This document shows, piece after piece, positions 27,151 through 37,187 of a stretch of DNA of 64,000 nt. The translations under genes and the position numbers were made by a program. The notes under the pieces are model-generated. The model was not told where the DNA came from, did no database searches, and was given only the letters and a program-made list of their open reading frames with translations. This DNA comes from Dactylosporangium sp. (lineage in GTDB: Bacteria > Actinomycetota > Actinomycetes > Mycobacteriales > Micromonosporaceae), in contig JABDRL010000167.1 in NCBI GenBank assembly GCA_013041765.1, forward strand, positions 706-64,705, written 5' to 3'. The stretch's first letter is position 1; every line of letters begins with the position of its first letter.

Positions 27151-28083
27151 TCACGACTCAAGCGAAGCGATGTACCGCTCAGCGTCCAATGCCGCAGCGC
27201 ACCCCGTCCCCGCTGCGGTGATCGCCTGGCGATACGTGTGATCGACGAGATCTCCCGCGGCGAAGACCCCGGCGACGCTGGTGCGTGTGCTCGGTGCCTC
27301 GACGTGGACGTACCCCGCGTCATCAGTGTGCACCTCGCCGCGGAACAGATCGCTGCGTGGGTCATGCCCGATCGCGACGAACACGCCCGTCACCCCGAGC
27401 ACGGACGCGTCTCCGGTGGTGACGTTTCGCAGCCGGATCCCGCCGACCTTCCCATCGTCATCGAGGACTTCGGTGACGACGCTGTTCCAGGCAACCCGGA
27501 TCTTGTCGTTGGAGAGTGCCCGGTCGGTCATGATCTTGCTTGCCCGGAACTCATCTCTTCTATGAACAATGGTGACAGTTTTCGCAAATCGGGTGAGGAA
27601 CGTGGCCTCCTCCATGGCGGAGTCTCCCCCACCAACGACGGCGATGTCCTGATCCCGGAAGAAGAATCCATCGCAGGTGGCGCAGGAGGACACCCCATGG
27701 CCGAGGAGTTCCTGCTCGCCGGGCACGCCAAGAGGACGCCACGCCGACCCGGTCGCCAGGATGACGGCCTTCCCCCGGTACCCGGTGTCCTCGATCCAAA
27801 CGGTCTTGGTATCGCCGGCCAGGGTGACCTTCGTCGCGTCCTCCGCGATGAACTCAGCCCCGAACCGCTCGGCCTGACCGCGCATGTGGTCCATGAGGTC
27901 CGGACCGAGGACGCCCTCGGGGAAACCGGGAAAGTTCTCCACCTCGGTCGTGGTCATGAGCGCTCCGCCAGTGGCCATGCCTTCGATGACCAGCGGATTC
28001 AGCCCTGCACGGGCGGCGTAGATCGCGGCAGTGTAGCCGGCCGGACCTGAACCGATAATGATCAGGTTACGGACCTCACCCAT
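27151..28083 (-). CDS. trxB: Thioredoxin-disulfide reductase
   Basis: ..[22 protein letters not shown].. (FAD), ..[33 protein letters not shown] (CATC redox centre plus NADPH GGGDSA). ATG 28083 is preceded by AAGGAGG at a 6-nt spacing. Confidence 0.95.
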   Translation of the reverse strand: MGEVRNLIIIGSGPAGYTAAIYAARAGLNPLVIEGMATGGALMTTTEVENFPGFPEGVLGPDLMDHMRGQAERFGAEFIAEDATKVTLAGDTKTVWIEDTGYRGKAVILATGSAWRPLGVPGEQELLGHGVSSCATCDGFFFRDQDIAVVGGGDSAMEEATFLTRFAKTVTIVHRRDEFRASKIMTDRALSNDKIRVAWNSVVTEVLDDDGKVGGIRLRNVTTGDASVLGVTGVFVAIGHDPRSDLFRGEVHTDDAGYVHVEAPSTRTSVAGVFAAGDLVDHTYRQAITAAGTGCAAALDAERYIASLES

Positions 28084-28244
28084 GCCAACCTCCTTGAACT
28101 GGTCGCCGGTTCCCCCGGCCACACCATGACTGTGCTGGGCAGAACTCATCGTACGAACTGAGGATTCCCGATGCTGAATGACAGCCGGGTCACACCCCTT
28201 CGGGCGGTGACCTCACCCGCGGCGCGCCCGGGTACTCCAGCGCC

Positions 28245-29222
28245 CTACGCGGTGGTGACGTGCCGCTCGTCGATGTCGCCGCCGGGCAACCCGCAGGAGG
28301 GGCCAACCACGACGATCAGACGCCCCGACGGGGCCCGGGCACTGTCGACCAGGACGAGGACGAGCGCGGGACGGCCCTCGTAGCGGGCGTAGTCCACGAC
28401 AGTCACCTGCCCCCCGTACCGCGCGGCCACTCCTGCCAGGCACTGGTTCAGTGCGTCGGCGGCCTGTAGCCTGCCCAGCTCGACGGGCCGCCGCTCTGCT
28501 GTGGCCTCCCCCGGACCATCCGCCGAGCCGGTGTCGTCTGGCGGTGCGGAGTACTCCTGGGCGTCCGGGGCGGTCTGCTGTCCCTTGACCGTCCCCCCAA
28601 CGGAGGCGAGAGTGTCCGGGGTGTAGTCGGTGCCGCTGGACAGGACTACCGGACCTGGGGGGGAATCGTTCGACAGGCCTGCGGCGTCGGACTCCGGCTG
28701 CGCGGCTCCCGCCTGGTCGCTGGTGGACGCTTCCTGGCGGGTGGACAGCCCCCACGGCCCCGCAATGCCGAGGCCGAGGCCGATCACGGTGCACACGGCC
28801 CCGACCGCGGCGATCGTGGACCAGCGCCGCCTCGCGGACGACGTCAGCCGTCCCCTGCGCTCCGGGCGCTGGTGCTCGGGACCCCTCGCTGGCCGGCGGC
28901 CCGGTGCTTGTCCTGAGCGTTGGGACATCCCGGACTCCACGGGGGACCCGCGGCCCGGCGGAGTACTCCGGTTGTCCACGGTTCGCTGGCCCGCGATCGC
29001 CGTGCCCAGACGTCCGAGGACATCCGCCGGCATCGGCTCTGCGGTCGTGGCCAGCAGCCGCAGGTCGCGTTGGGCCGCGGCGGTGGCGACCGTCAGCCGG
29101 TCGTAGGCCGCGCGCCACGTCGGCTCGGTCGCGACCAGCTGGCGTACCTCCGCCTCGGACGGCGTTCCATCGAGCGCCCCGCCCAGGAAATCGGCGAGCC
29201 GATCGAGGTCGACGTCATTCAC
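28245..29222 (-). CDS. Anti-sigma factor (single TM), partner of the adjacent ECF sigma
   Basis: The N-terminal anti-sigma-like helix region (..LADFLGGALDGTPSEAEVRQLVATEPTWRAAYDRL..) is followed by a basic linker, a TM helix (WSTIAAVGAVCTVIGLGLGIAG) and an extracytoplasmic domain. It overlaps the sigma gene stop by 8 nt. Confidence 0.75.
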   Translation of the reverse strand: MNDVDLDRLADFLGGALDGTPSEAEVRQLVATEPTWRAAYDRLTVATAAAQRDLRLLATTAEPMPADVLGRLGTAIAGQRTVDNRSTPPGRGSPVESGMSQRSGQAPGRRPARGPEHQRPERRGRLTSSARRRWSTIAAVGAVCTVIGLGLGIAGPWGLSTRQEASTSDQAGAAQPESDAAGLSNDSPPGPVVLSSGTDYTPDTLASVGGTVKGQQTAPDAQEYSAPPDDTGSADGPGEATAERRPVELGRLQAADALNQCLAGVAARYGGQVTVVDYARYEGRPALVLVLVDSARAPSGRLIVVVGPSCGLPGGDIDERHVTTA

Positions 29223-29817
29223 CGGTGGCCCTCCGTCCGCGCTCGTCGGATGTCGTTGCCGATGGGACGTTGCGGTCGTCGTCCGGGTTCCGCAGGTACC
29301 CGAGGATTACCGCGAGGCGGGCGCGTCCTCTGGCACATCTGCTCTTGACCGTGCCCTCGGCGACCTCCAGCAGCGAGGCGGTCTCGGCGACCGAGTATCC
29401 CTCGACATCCACCAGGACGAGTGCGGCCCGCTGCTCGAACGGCAGCCGCTGCAGGGCCTGGCGGACAACGATCGCGGTGTCCCCGTCCGGCGCCGGGACC
29501 GGCAGCGGCTCGACCTCCGGCAGTGGCACCGTTGCCCTGGCCTGTCTGCGCCGCAACCGGTCCAGAGCGGCGTTGACAACGATGCGGTGGAGCCAGGTGG
29601 TGACGGCGGCATCGCCGCGGAAACGGTGGGCTGCCCGGTAGGCGGAGATCAGCGCGTCCTGGAGGGCATCGGCGGCTTCCTCCCGGTCGCCGAGCGTCCG
29701 CAGCGCGACGGCCCAGAGCCGGTCCCGGTGACGGGCGAAGAGCTCACCAAAAGCGTCGTGATCTCCACAGGCGTGTGCGCGCAGCAACTCCGCGTCGTCA
29801 CGCGGATCGCCGGTCAC
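29215..29817 (-). CDS. ECF-type RNA polymerase sigma factor (SigM-like by position)
   Basis: ..AFGELFARHRDRLWAVALRTLGDREEAADALQDALISAYR..VTTWLHRIVVNAALDRLRRR (region 2) ..ALQRLPFEQRAALVLVDVEGYSVAETASLLEVAEGTVKSRCARGRARL (region 4). GTG 29817 overlaps the stop of the upstream gene (GTGA). The listed 322-aa ORF is an out-of-context extension. Confidence 0.88.
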   Translation of the reverse strand: MTGDPRDDAELLRAHACGDHDAFGELFARHRDRLWAVALRTLGDREEAADALQDALISAYRAAHRFRGDAAVTTWLHRIVVNAALDRLRRRQARATVPLPEVEPLPVPAPDGDTAIVVRQALQRLPFEQRAALVLVDVEGYSVAETASLLEVAEGTVKSRCARGRARLAVILGYLRNPDDDRNVPSATTSDERGRRATGE

Positions 29818-31331
29818 TGCACCGTTACCTCGATCTCGCTGACCTTGATGCCGTAGCGCCCGGCGTCCGGCGGCAGCTTCGTGATCCAGACCAGGAGGTA
29901 CTGCACCGGGGTATCGCTTCCGGTGAACAGCACCGTGGTGCCGTCGTTGACCCGCGACGGGGCGATGACGCGGTAGGAGTCGACGATCCCCGCGTCGCCC
30001 TCCGCCGTTGACGCTCCGGCTCCAGGATCGGTGTCGCCACCACGCAGCTCCATCGTCGCGCCGGCGCGGGAAACGTAGACCTTCATGTTGACGACCCGCT
30101 GTGGGCTGCCGAGGTCGACCCAGACACCCAGGCCGGGCCGGATCTGGCCGAAGTTGGCTTCGTTGTAGTGGTCGGTCTTCCACCCGGTCTCGACGTCCCC
30201 GTCAACGGTCTTGTCGGCGTCCCTGACCTCGGAGCGGTCACCGCGACCATTGGTCGGGCCGAGCACGATGCGTACCCGGTCCGCCGAGAGCGTGGCGAGA
30301 CTGGGCTGGCCGGACGGCTGTGGGGTGGTCGCGGCGACGCCACCCGGCGTGCCGGACGCTTCGTCGGAGGCGGAGTCGCTGAACTGCATCGCGGCTATGA
30401 CGCCAATGAGCGCGACGGCCACGAGACTCGCCACGACGGTGGCCAGTTTCCGGCGCGAGGGTTTGACCGAAGGCCCGGCGGCCGATGCCGCGTCGAAGGC
30501 CGCGAGCCCCAGCCCCGAATCGAAATCCTCGGATTCTTCCTCGGCGGGTTCCGTCATCAGGGCCAGCTCGGCGGCGATCGTCGTGGCGGGGGCCGCCTTG
30601 ACCCCAGGGTCAAGCAGTCCCACCACGAGTTCGTTCAGCTGAGCTGGAAGATCCGGTCGGACCTCGCCAGGGGACAGCAGCATCCCGTTGTCGTGAACGC
30701 CGTCTGGGAGCGGCGCCGGCCCGGCCTCCGCGTGTGGCCAGAAACCGGTCAGGGCGGAGTAGAGCACGCCACCGATGGACCGGACGTCGGTCTCCTCCGT
30801 CGCGTCGTCGGACACGCGCGCGTCGGCCAGCATGACCCTGCCGTCTTGGGCGATCATGACTGTGCCCGGATGGACGTTGCCATGAACGACGCCCGTGTCG
30901 TGCAGGGCGCTGACCGCGTCCGCGACGGCCCACGAGATCGCGACGGCCCGGGCGGCGTCGAGAGGACCTTCGGCGACGGCCTCCCGCAGCGAAATGCCGT
31001 CGATCCATTCTCGGACGACGTACGCCCGCGTTCCCTCGTCGATGGCGTCGTACACCCCGACGAGATGCGGGTGCACCACGCGGCTGGCCGCAACGGCCGC
31101 GGCGAGCATCTCCCTGGCCGAGTCCCCGCCCGGATGACGCAGCACGATCGTGACCGGGCGGCGAAGAACCACGTCGACGCCGCGATACATCTGGCGACCG
31201 TGGGCGTCGTCGCCCAGGTGCTCCTCGACCTGGTATCGGTCGGCGAGAATCTCACCTATTGTCGGTGAACCGAGGGTAAGCACCCGTGGCGCAGCTCCGT
31301 GCGCCTCGTGGCCTTCGTCGATATGGGCCAC
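29814..31331 (-). CDS. Membrane-anchored pseudokinase with an extracellular discoidin-like domain
   Basis: The Ser/Thr kinase fold is recognisable (..YQVEEHLGDD..VVLRRPVTIVL..HPHLVGVYD..VVREWIDGISL..), but the catalytic loop reads VVHGNVHPGTV instead of HRDxKxxN and the VAIK lysine is absent. A TM helix (LATVVASLVAVALIGVIAAM) and a C-terminal beta-rich domain follow. Confidence 0.8.
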   Translation of the reverse strand: MAHIDEGHEAHGAAPRVLTLGSPTIGEILADRYQVEEHLGDDAHGRQMYRGVDVVLRRPVTIVLRHPGGDSAREMLAAAVAASRVVHPHLVGVYDAIDEGTRAYVVREWIDGISLREAVAEGPLDAARAVAISWAVADAVSALHDTGVVHGNVHPGTVMIAQDGRVMLADARVSDDATEETDVRSIGGVLYSALTGFWPHAEAGPAPLPDGVHDNGMLLSPGEVRPDLPAQLNELVVGLLDPGVKAAPATTIAAELALMTEPAEEESEDFDSGLGLAAFDAASAAGPSVKPSRRKLATVVASLVAVALIGVIAAMQFSDSASDEASGTPGGVAATTPQPSGQPSLATLSADRVRIVLGPTNGRGDRSEVRDADKTVDGDVETGWKTDHYNEANFGQIRPGLGVWVDLGSPQRVVNMKVYVSRAGATMELRGGDTDPGAGASTAEGDAGIVDSYRVIAPSRVNDGTTVLFTGSDTPVQYLLVWITKLPPDAGRYGIKVSEIEVTVQ

Positions 31332-31527
31332 GTGTCCCCCCTCCGGAACGGGCGAGCCGGTCTTGACATCTCAGCCTAAGCGCTGCTTCGCGTCGCCATG
31401 TGTGACCTTACCGGTGCGGCGCCGACAACCCGACGCGTCACCCTCAATCCAGGACCTTTGTTTGACAGATTCAGTTTTGCGAACCGCACTAAAGCGAATA
31501 AATGCCACATGTCAATCGGCGATATCT

Positions 31528-33273
31528 CTATCGTCGCAGCCGCCCGGCCACCATCCGGCCAACCTCTCGAATTTCGCCGATTCTCAGCAGGATCGCCGCT
31601 GCCCAGTAGCCGATCACCAGGACCAGGCCTCCGACGGCCAGCTGGATCATGCTGGCCACCTTGCCGTCGCCCAGCATTCCGATGAGGACGACAAGCACCA
31701 GACCGGCCGCGACGGCTCCGGCCGCGGCGGCGATGCCCAGCTTCACCAACGTCGTGGCGATGTGGGCAAGGCCGATCCGGCCGATCCGGCGGCGCAGCAG
31801 CCAGTAGCCCAGCCCGATCGCCAGCACGAACGAGGCCGCGCTGACGCCCATCAGCCCGGCGACGATCCACTCCGCCGGCAGCAGCAGCACCAGCAGGCCC
31901 GCGACGGCCAGCCGGAACGCGACGACAGGAACGTTGACCAGGGCCGGCACCCGGGTATCCGACAGGGCGTAGAACGCGAAGGTCTGAAGCTGGCTGACCG
32001 CGTACGGCACGAGTGCGAGGCCAGCGAAGGCGATCACGACGCCGGTATCGAGGGCCTGCTCGTGCCGGTAGGCGCCCCACTGGAACAGGGTCACCGCCAG
32101 CGGCCGGCCGAGCACGATGTAGACCGCCGCCGTCGGCATCAGGATGACCGCGGAGAGCCTGGTGCCGAGCGACAGCTGAGCTGCCAGATCCGCCAACCGC
32201 CCGTCGGCTGCCGCCGAGGACATCCGGGGCATCAGGGCCGTTCCGATGGAGACCGCGACGATGCCATTGGCCATCATGAAAATGAGGAACGCATTGGTGT
32301 AGATGGCCGGGCCCGGAGCTCCCTGGTCTCCCGCCCAGCGGGCGATACGCAGTGTCACCAGCACGCCGATCTGGCTGCCCGCGACGTACAGCAGCATCCA
32401 TGATCCGAGCCGCGCCAGCTCCCCGAGGCCGAGCGACCGGAAGTCCCACCGCAGTTTCCAGCGGAAGCCGACCCGGCGGAGCGCCGGCAACAGACCGAGT
32501 GCCTGGACGACGATGCCGGAGGTGGTGCCGACGCCCAGAACCAGGATCTCCGCATTCGTGATCGACGCGGCCTCGATCGTGCCGGTGTGCAGCAGGGCGA
32601 AGAGACCAGCTGTCATGATCACAACGATGTTGTTGAGGATCGGGGTCCACATGGGCGCGGCGAAGTGCCCCCGCGCATTGAGGAGCGCCGCGATGAGCGC
32701 GGCCATGCCGTAGAAGAAGATCTCTGGAAGAAGCAGGTATGCCAGCAGCGTCGTCAGTTCCCGGTCGGCCGCCGTGGCGTCGTCGCCGACCACCAGCGCC
32801 GTCAGGAGCGGGGCCGCGGTGACGGCGATCACTGTCGCCGCGCCGAAGAAGACCATCGCCAGCGTCAGCAACCGCTGGGCGAACGCCTGTCCCCCATCGG
32901 CGTCCTGCTTCTTCGCCCGCACCAGAACCGGGACGATCACGCTGGCCAGCACGCCGCCGACCAGGAGCTCGAACACCATGTTCGGCAGGGTGTTGGCGGT
33001 GGCGTAGTCGTCGCCCACCAGCTCGGCGCCCAGGGCTGCCCCGATGGCCGCGGTTCGCAGGAATCCGATGGCACGACTTACGATGCTGCCCAGCGCCATG
33101 ACCGCGCTGTTGCGCGCGACGGACCGGGGAGAGTCGTCGATCTCGTGTGGGGGGTCTGGAACTGTGACCTTCGGGATGAGCACCGTGTCCGGTTCGATCG
33201 TTGGGATGACCACGGTGTCCGCGGCGGTCGGCGGGGCGCCGTATTCATCCGGATGAGGCATGGCTTTGACCAT
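31528..33273 (-). CDS. murJ: Lipid II flippase MurJ (MviN)
   Basis: ..ARNSAVMALGSIVSRAIGFLRTAAIGAALG..DDYATANTLPNMVFELLVGGVLASVIVPVLV.. opens about 14 hydrophobic segments. The start is ATG 33273 or 33261. The 1046-aa ORF in the track is an upstream extension antisense to a real plus-strand gene. Confidence 0.9.
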   Translation of the reverse strand: MVKAMPHPDEYGAPPTAADTVVIPTIEPDTVLIPKVTVPDPPHEIDDSPRSVARNSAVMALGSIVSRAIGFLRTAAIGAALGAELVGDDYATANTLPNMVFELLVGGVLASVIVPVLVRAKKQDADGGQAFAQRLLTLAMVFFGAATVIAVTAAPLLTALVVGDDATAADRELTTLLAYLLLPEIFFYGMAALIAALLNARGHFAAPMWTPILNNIVVIMTAGLFALLHTGTIEAASITNAEILVLGVGTTSGIVVQALGLLPALRRVGFRWKLRWDFRSLGLGELARLGSWMLLYVAGSQIGVLVTLRIARWAGDQGAPGPAIYTNAFLIFMMANGIVAVSIGTALMPRMSSAAADGRLADLAAQLSLGTRLSAVILMPTAAVYIVLGRPLAVTLFQWGAYRHEQALDTGVVIAFAGLALVPYAVSQLQTFAFYALSDTRVPALVNVPVVAFRLAVAGLLVLLLPAEWIVAGLMGVSAASFVLAIGLGYWLLRRRIGRIGLAHIATTLVKLGIAAAAGAVAAGLVLVVLIGMLGDGKVASMIQLAVGGLVLVIGYWAAAILLRIGEIREVGRMVAGRLRR

Positions 33274-33414
33274 AGAGCTTGAAGGACCGTCGTGAAACCA
33301 TGCTGGCCGGCAGGGGAGGACCCGAGTCACGCCATGATTGATCTTGGCGATACGCGGGGCCGAACGGCCGATGATGAGGACGTTGTCCGATCGCTCCCGG
33401 CGGGTCGCTGGGGG

Positions 33415-34713
33415 ATGACCGCTGGCCTGCGCGATTTTCGAACCGTTTCCCTGCTCTGCGTCGTGGCCCTGACGCTGCTCATCGGCGGCGGCACGGCACG
33501 GGCCGAGACTCCGTTTCCCCGCACGACGATCCCCGTCGGGGAGCACTCGGGGTTCCAGCTGGTCGATGGCGTGATCTACGTAACGGATCCGGACCGGGAG
33601 GCCATCACCGCGTACGGTGCGAACGGGGCCAGACGCTGGTCGGCCGCGATCCGGGTAGCACCGCCAGCCGCGAGGATCGTGGGGGCGGGGAAGGTGGTTC
33701 TGGTCGCCGAGGACCGCCTCGGCGCGACGGCGACCGTCGCTCTGGACGCCCGCACCGGGACCAGGCTGTGGAGCGTGCCCGGGCGGCCCCTGCGCGCCAG
33801 CGCCTCGGCCGGCACGGCAACGATCGTGGTCGAACCGGCCGGGGACGGGCTCGGCCAGCTTCCGGAACCACCCAGCACGGTGCGGGGGACAGACCTCGCC
33901 ACCGGCGCGGTGCTGTGGTCCTACGACATCGGCGCCGAGGTCGGCGCGATGGCCGCGTGGATCGTGCGGGTTGCCTCGCCGGCGCGGTTCGAGCCGCTGG
34001 GCGCCGCGATCTTCGACGTCGAGCGGGGCGACCGCATCGTCGACCTCACCACCGGCGCGGTCTCCGCCATCGGTGATCTTCCGGTCACCCTGATCGGAAG
34101 TCTCCCGGTCCGGCTGGAATCCGTCGTCGTGGCCGTGCTGCCGCTGGGGCCGACGATCCAGCGGAACCGGGGCGAGACCGTGGACCGGTGGACGGTCCTG
34201 GCGTTCCAGGGGAAGACGATGCGTCAGATCTGGAGCACCCAGATGGACGCCGGGCTGTTCGCGTTCAAGCAGTGCGGCCGGCTCGTGTGCGCGGGCAACG
34301 GTGACCAGTTGCGGGCCTTCGATCCGGAGACCGGCGGCGCGCGGTGGCGTGCCCCGTGGGCGTACGCGGGGGGCGCCGGCCCGAGGGTCCTGGCTGTTGC
34401 CGCGGAAGACGACGAGGGCGGCGTCGGGACGACCGTTGGGGTCATCGATGCCCGGACGGGGCGCACCCTGACCGAATTCGGGCGGTGGCTGCCGGTCAGT
34501 CTGATCGACCGGCCATGGGTCGCTCTTGTCCGGGCCACTGGCCTTCCTGGCGTCGCGGAGGCCGCGACGGCGAACACCACCGGGCTGCGGGCGCGAGGTA
34601 TGGGCACGTTCGCGGGTGACCCCGAGCAGTGCCAGGCCGATGATCGTTATCTCGCCTGCCCCAATCATGGGGATGAGATAGCGGTTTGGCGCTACCGGCC
34701 CGATACCCCGTAG
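33415..34713 (+). CDS. Secreted PQQ-like beta-propeller repeat protein
   Basis: A signal peptide is present (MTAGLRDFRTVSLLCVVALTLLIGGGTARA). Repeated xTGxxxW blade motifs occur (ARTGTRLWSV, LATGAVLWSY, GKTMRQIWST, PETGGARWRA). The start is uncertain; the ORF opens at 33292. Confidence 0.7.
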   Translation: MTAGLRDFRTVSLLCVVALTLLIGGGTARAETPFPRTTIPVGEHSGFQLVDGVIYVTDPDREAITAYGANGARRWSAAIRVAPPAARIVGAGKVVLVAEDRLGATATVALDARTGTRLWSVPGRPLRASASAGTATIVVEPAGDGLGQLPEPPSTVRGTDLATGAVLWSYDIGAEVGAMAAWIVRVASPARFEPLGAAIFDVERGDRIVDLTTGAVSAIGDLPVTLIGSLPVRLESVVVAVLPLGPTIQRNRGETVDRWTVLAFQGKTMRQIWSTQMDAGLFAFKQCGRLVCAGNGDQLRAFDPETGGARWRAPWAYAGGAGPRVLAVAAEDDEGGVGTTVGVIDARTGRTLTEFGRWLPVSLIDRPWVALVRATGLPGVAEAATANTTGLRARGMGTFAGDPEQCQADDRYLACPNHGDEIAVWRYRPDTP

Positions 34714-34739
34714 CGGCCCGTCGGTAGGCTGGAAGGCCT

Positions 34740-36224
34740 ATGTCCGAGCCGTCCTTCCTCCCCGCCGCGCGGTCGTCCGCTGAGACCGGTGCCGGCGAGG
34801 GACCCGCGTTGACCAGGGCCCAACAGTCAGCGGTTGCGCACCTGCTGCGGGTCTCACCCGTCGCCGATGAACTCGGGCACCGGTTCAACGCCGCGGGGCA
34901 CGAGATTCACCTGGTGGGTGGATCGGTCCGCGATGCGCTGCTCGGTCGGCTGGGCAACGACCTGGATTTCACGACGAGCGCCCGCCCGGAGCAGACGCTG
35001 GAGATCGTGACGGGCTGGGCCGACGCCATCTGGACGACCGGAGCCGACTTCGGCACGATCGGCGCTGCCCGTGCCGGGCTGCGGCTGGAAATTACGACAT
35101 TCCGCGCAGAAGTCTATGATCACGTGAGCCGCCATCCAATCGTCGAATATGGCTCGAATCTGGACGACGACCTTCGTCGGCGGGACTTCACCGTCAATGC
35201 CATGGCGGTGTCGGTTCCCGGGCACGTGTTCGCGGACCCGTACGGCGGGCTGTCGGATCTCGCGAGCAGAGTGCTGCGCACTCCCAGCGCTCCGGAAGAG
35301 TCCTTCGCCGATGACCCTCTGCGTATGCTCCGGGCCGCCCGTTTCGCCGCGCAGTTGCGCTTCACCGTCGCCCCCCCGGTGGTTGCCGCGATGGGCGCGA
35401 TGGCGGGCGACCTGCGCCGGATCGCCGCCGAGCGGATCAGGGACGAGTTCACCAAACTGCTGTCCGGCGCCGACCCGCTGAGCGGGCTGCGCCTGCTCGT
35501 CGATGCCGGGCTCGCCGGGATCTTTCTGCCGGAGCTGGCGAACCTTCGGCTGGAAGTCGATGAACACGCCCAGCACAAGGACGTCTACGAGCACACCCTG
35601 ACCGTGGTCCGCAACGCGATCTCGCTGGAGTCCGGCGAGCCGGACTTCGTCCTGCGCCTGGCGGCCCTCATGCATGACATCGGCAAGCCCGCGACCAAAG
35701 CCGTCGGACCCGACGGCAGGGTGAGTTTCCACCACCACGAGATCGTCGGGGCCCGGTTGACCCGGCAGCGGATGAGGGCGCTGAAGTACCCGAAGGACGT
35801 GATCGCGGATGTCGTCGGTCTGGTCGGACTGCACCTGAGGTTCTACGGATACGGTCGCGGAGAGTGGACCGACGCGGCGGTGCGGCGCTATGTGGCCGAC
35901 GCCGGTCCGCTTCTTTCCCGACTGCACAAGCTGACCAGGTCCGACGTGACAACCCGGAACCGGCGCAAGGCCGCTCGCCTGGCTGTCGACTACGACGCGC
36001 TTGAGGAGCGCATCGCCCGCCTGGCCGCCGAGGAGGACCTGGCCAAGGTCCGTCCTGATCTTGATGGTAACGAGATCATGAAGCTGCTTGGCATTCCGCC
36101 GGGACCCGTCGTCGGGCGGGCCTGGCGGCACCTCAAGGACGTCCGGCTGGAACGCGGGCAGCTCTCCCCCGAGGAAGCAAGGGCCGAACTGCTGCAGTGG
36201 GCCTGCGCGGAGGGGCTGCGCTGA
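34740..36224 (+). CDS. cca: CCA tRNA nucleotidyltransferase (PcnA-type, with HD domain)
   Basis: ..HLVGGSVRDALLGRLGNDLDFTT.. (nucleotidyltransferase GGxVRD..DxD), ..RRDFTVNAMA.., HD region ..LMHDIGKP. Confidence 0.9.
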   Translation: MSEPSFLPAARSSAETGAGEGPALTRAQQSAVAHLLRVSPVADELGHRFNAAGHEIHLVGGSVRDALLGRLGNDLDFTTSARPEQTLEIVTGWADAIWTTGADFGTIGAARAGLRLEITTFRAEVYDHVSRHPIVEYGSNLDDDLRRRDFTVNAMAVSVPGHVFADPYGGLSDLASRVLRTPSAPEESFADDPLRMLRAARFAAQLRFTVAPPVVAAMGAMAGDLRRIAAERIRDEFTKLLSGADPLSGLRLLVDAGLAGIFLPELANLRLEVDEHAQHKDVYEHTLTVVRNAISLESGEPDFVLRLAALMHDIGKPATKAVGPDGRVSFHHHEIVGARLTRQRMRALKYPKDVIADVVGLVGLHLRFYGYGRGEWTDAAVRRYVADAGPLLSRLHKLTRSDVTTRNRRKAARLAVDYDALEERIARLAAEEDLAKVRPDLDGNEIMKLLGIPPGPVVGRAWRHLKDVRLERGQLSPEEARAELLQWACAEGLR

Positions 36225-36338
36225 CCCCAGTACCCCCGGGGCTGCCGCTTCGGTCAATTCTGCCCATGGTCGGTGTCGACTACGGTCGCACCAGGTGTGA
36301 CCGGGTGGGGTTACACCAGCGACGACCAGGAGGCAAGC

Positions 36339-37187
36339 ATGCAGCCGTGTGCCGTGTGCGGCGGCATCGGCGTCGACGCGAGCGGCTACTGCGTCAACTG
36401 CCGTACCTACCGTGGCGTGGCCGGGCGGAGTGCACAGTCCGACTACGGAATGACCAACGGGGCGCCGTATTACGGCGCCCCTTCCTATTCGTCCACAACT
36501 TCCGATTACCGTGATGAATCACCTGGCTACCCGAGGTATCCGGCGGCGCTTCCCAGTGGCCCGTCCACTGAGGTTCCGTACTCCGCCGGGGCGGATTCGG
36601 GTGCCTTTCCCCTGCACCGGGACGCGGAATCGCATCGGTCCCGCCGAGGCCGGTCGAAACTGCCCTCGGTGCTGGTGGCTGTGACCTTGCTCGGCTTGGC
36701 GGTCGTCCTGGTCACCGTGCTTCGGGGCCGGGACGGGGCAGAGGAACCACTGGTCGACCCGTGCGTGGTCGGCAACTGGACCGTACAGAACATGACGATG
36801 GCTATTGAAACAGACGCGTTCGGGAAGATCCGCTTTGTCAGTCTGGGTGAGATCGGGAAGATCGAGTACGGGGCCGACGGCACTGCGGTGCACGCCTACG
36901 GCGACGAAGCCCGACTCTCCGCTGAGGTCACGGTGTCCGCGGTGTCGCAACAGGCGATACTCACGATCACCGGAGTCGATCGGTACGACTACCGGACGTC
37001 CGACAGCACCATGGTCTTCTCCAGCCTGCGGGACGACCGCACCACGACGTTGACCATCGACGGCATCGGCGTGTCGTCGGACATCGACATCAACATGGGC
37101 CTTGAACCGGCACGCTTCAGCTGTGCCGGGGATTCTCTGACAACCTTCACGGAGAACTACCGCGCCGAGGCCCACCGCGACTCGTGA
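36339..37187 (+). CDS. Hypothetical membrane protein: N-terminal zinc ribbon, Tyr/Pro-rich linker, one TM helix, extracytoplasmic beta domain
   Basis: ATG 36339 is preceded by CAGGAGG. The sequence runs MQPCAVCGGIGVDASGYCVNCRTY (CxxC..CxxC), ..LPSVLVAVTLLGLAVVLVTVL (TM), then ..CVVGNWTVQNMTMAIE..FSCAGDSLT. Confidence 0.6.
   Translation: MQPCAVCGGIGVDASGYCVNCRTYRGVAGRSAQSDYGMTNGAPYYGAPSYSSTTSDYRDESPGYPRYPAALPSGPSTEVPYSAGADSGAFPLHRDAESHRSRRGRSKLPSVLVAVTLLGLAVVLVTVLRGRDGAEEPLVDPCVVGNWTVQNMTMAIETDAFGKIRFVSLGEIGKIEYGADGTAVHAYGDEARLSAEVTVSAVSQQAILTITGVDRYDYRTSDSTMVFSSLRDDRTTTLTIDGIGVSSDIDINMGLEPARFSCAGDSLTTFTENYRAEAHRDS

Noticed and set aside
28972-28980. Isolated DnaA-box-like TTGTCCACG inside the anti-sigma factor gene
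   Set aside because: It is a single imperfect box within coding sequence with no neighbouring boxes, which is compatible with chance.
33274-34668. 465-codon upstream extension of murJ (1046-aa ORF in the track)
   Set aside because: The extension is Arg/Pro/Gly-rich and antisense to a plus-strand gene that has a signal peptide and repeated beta-propeller motifs. MurJ homology starts near ATG 33273/33261.
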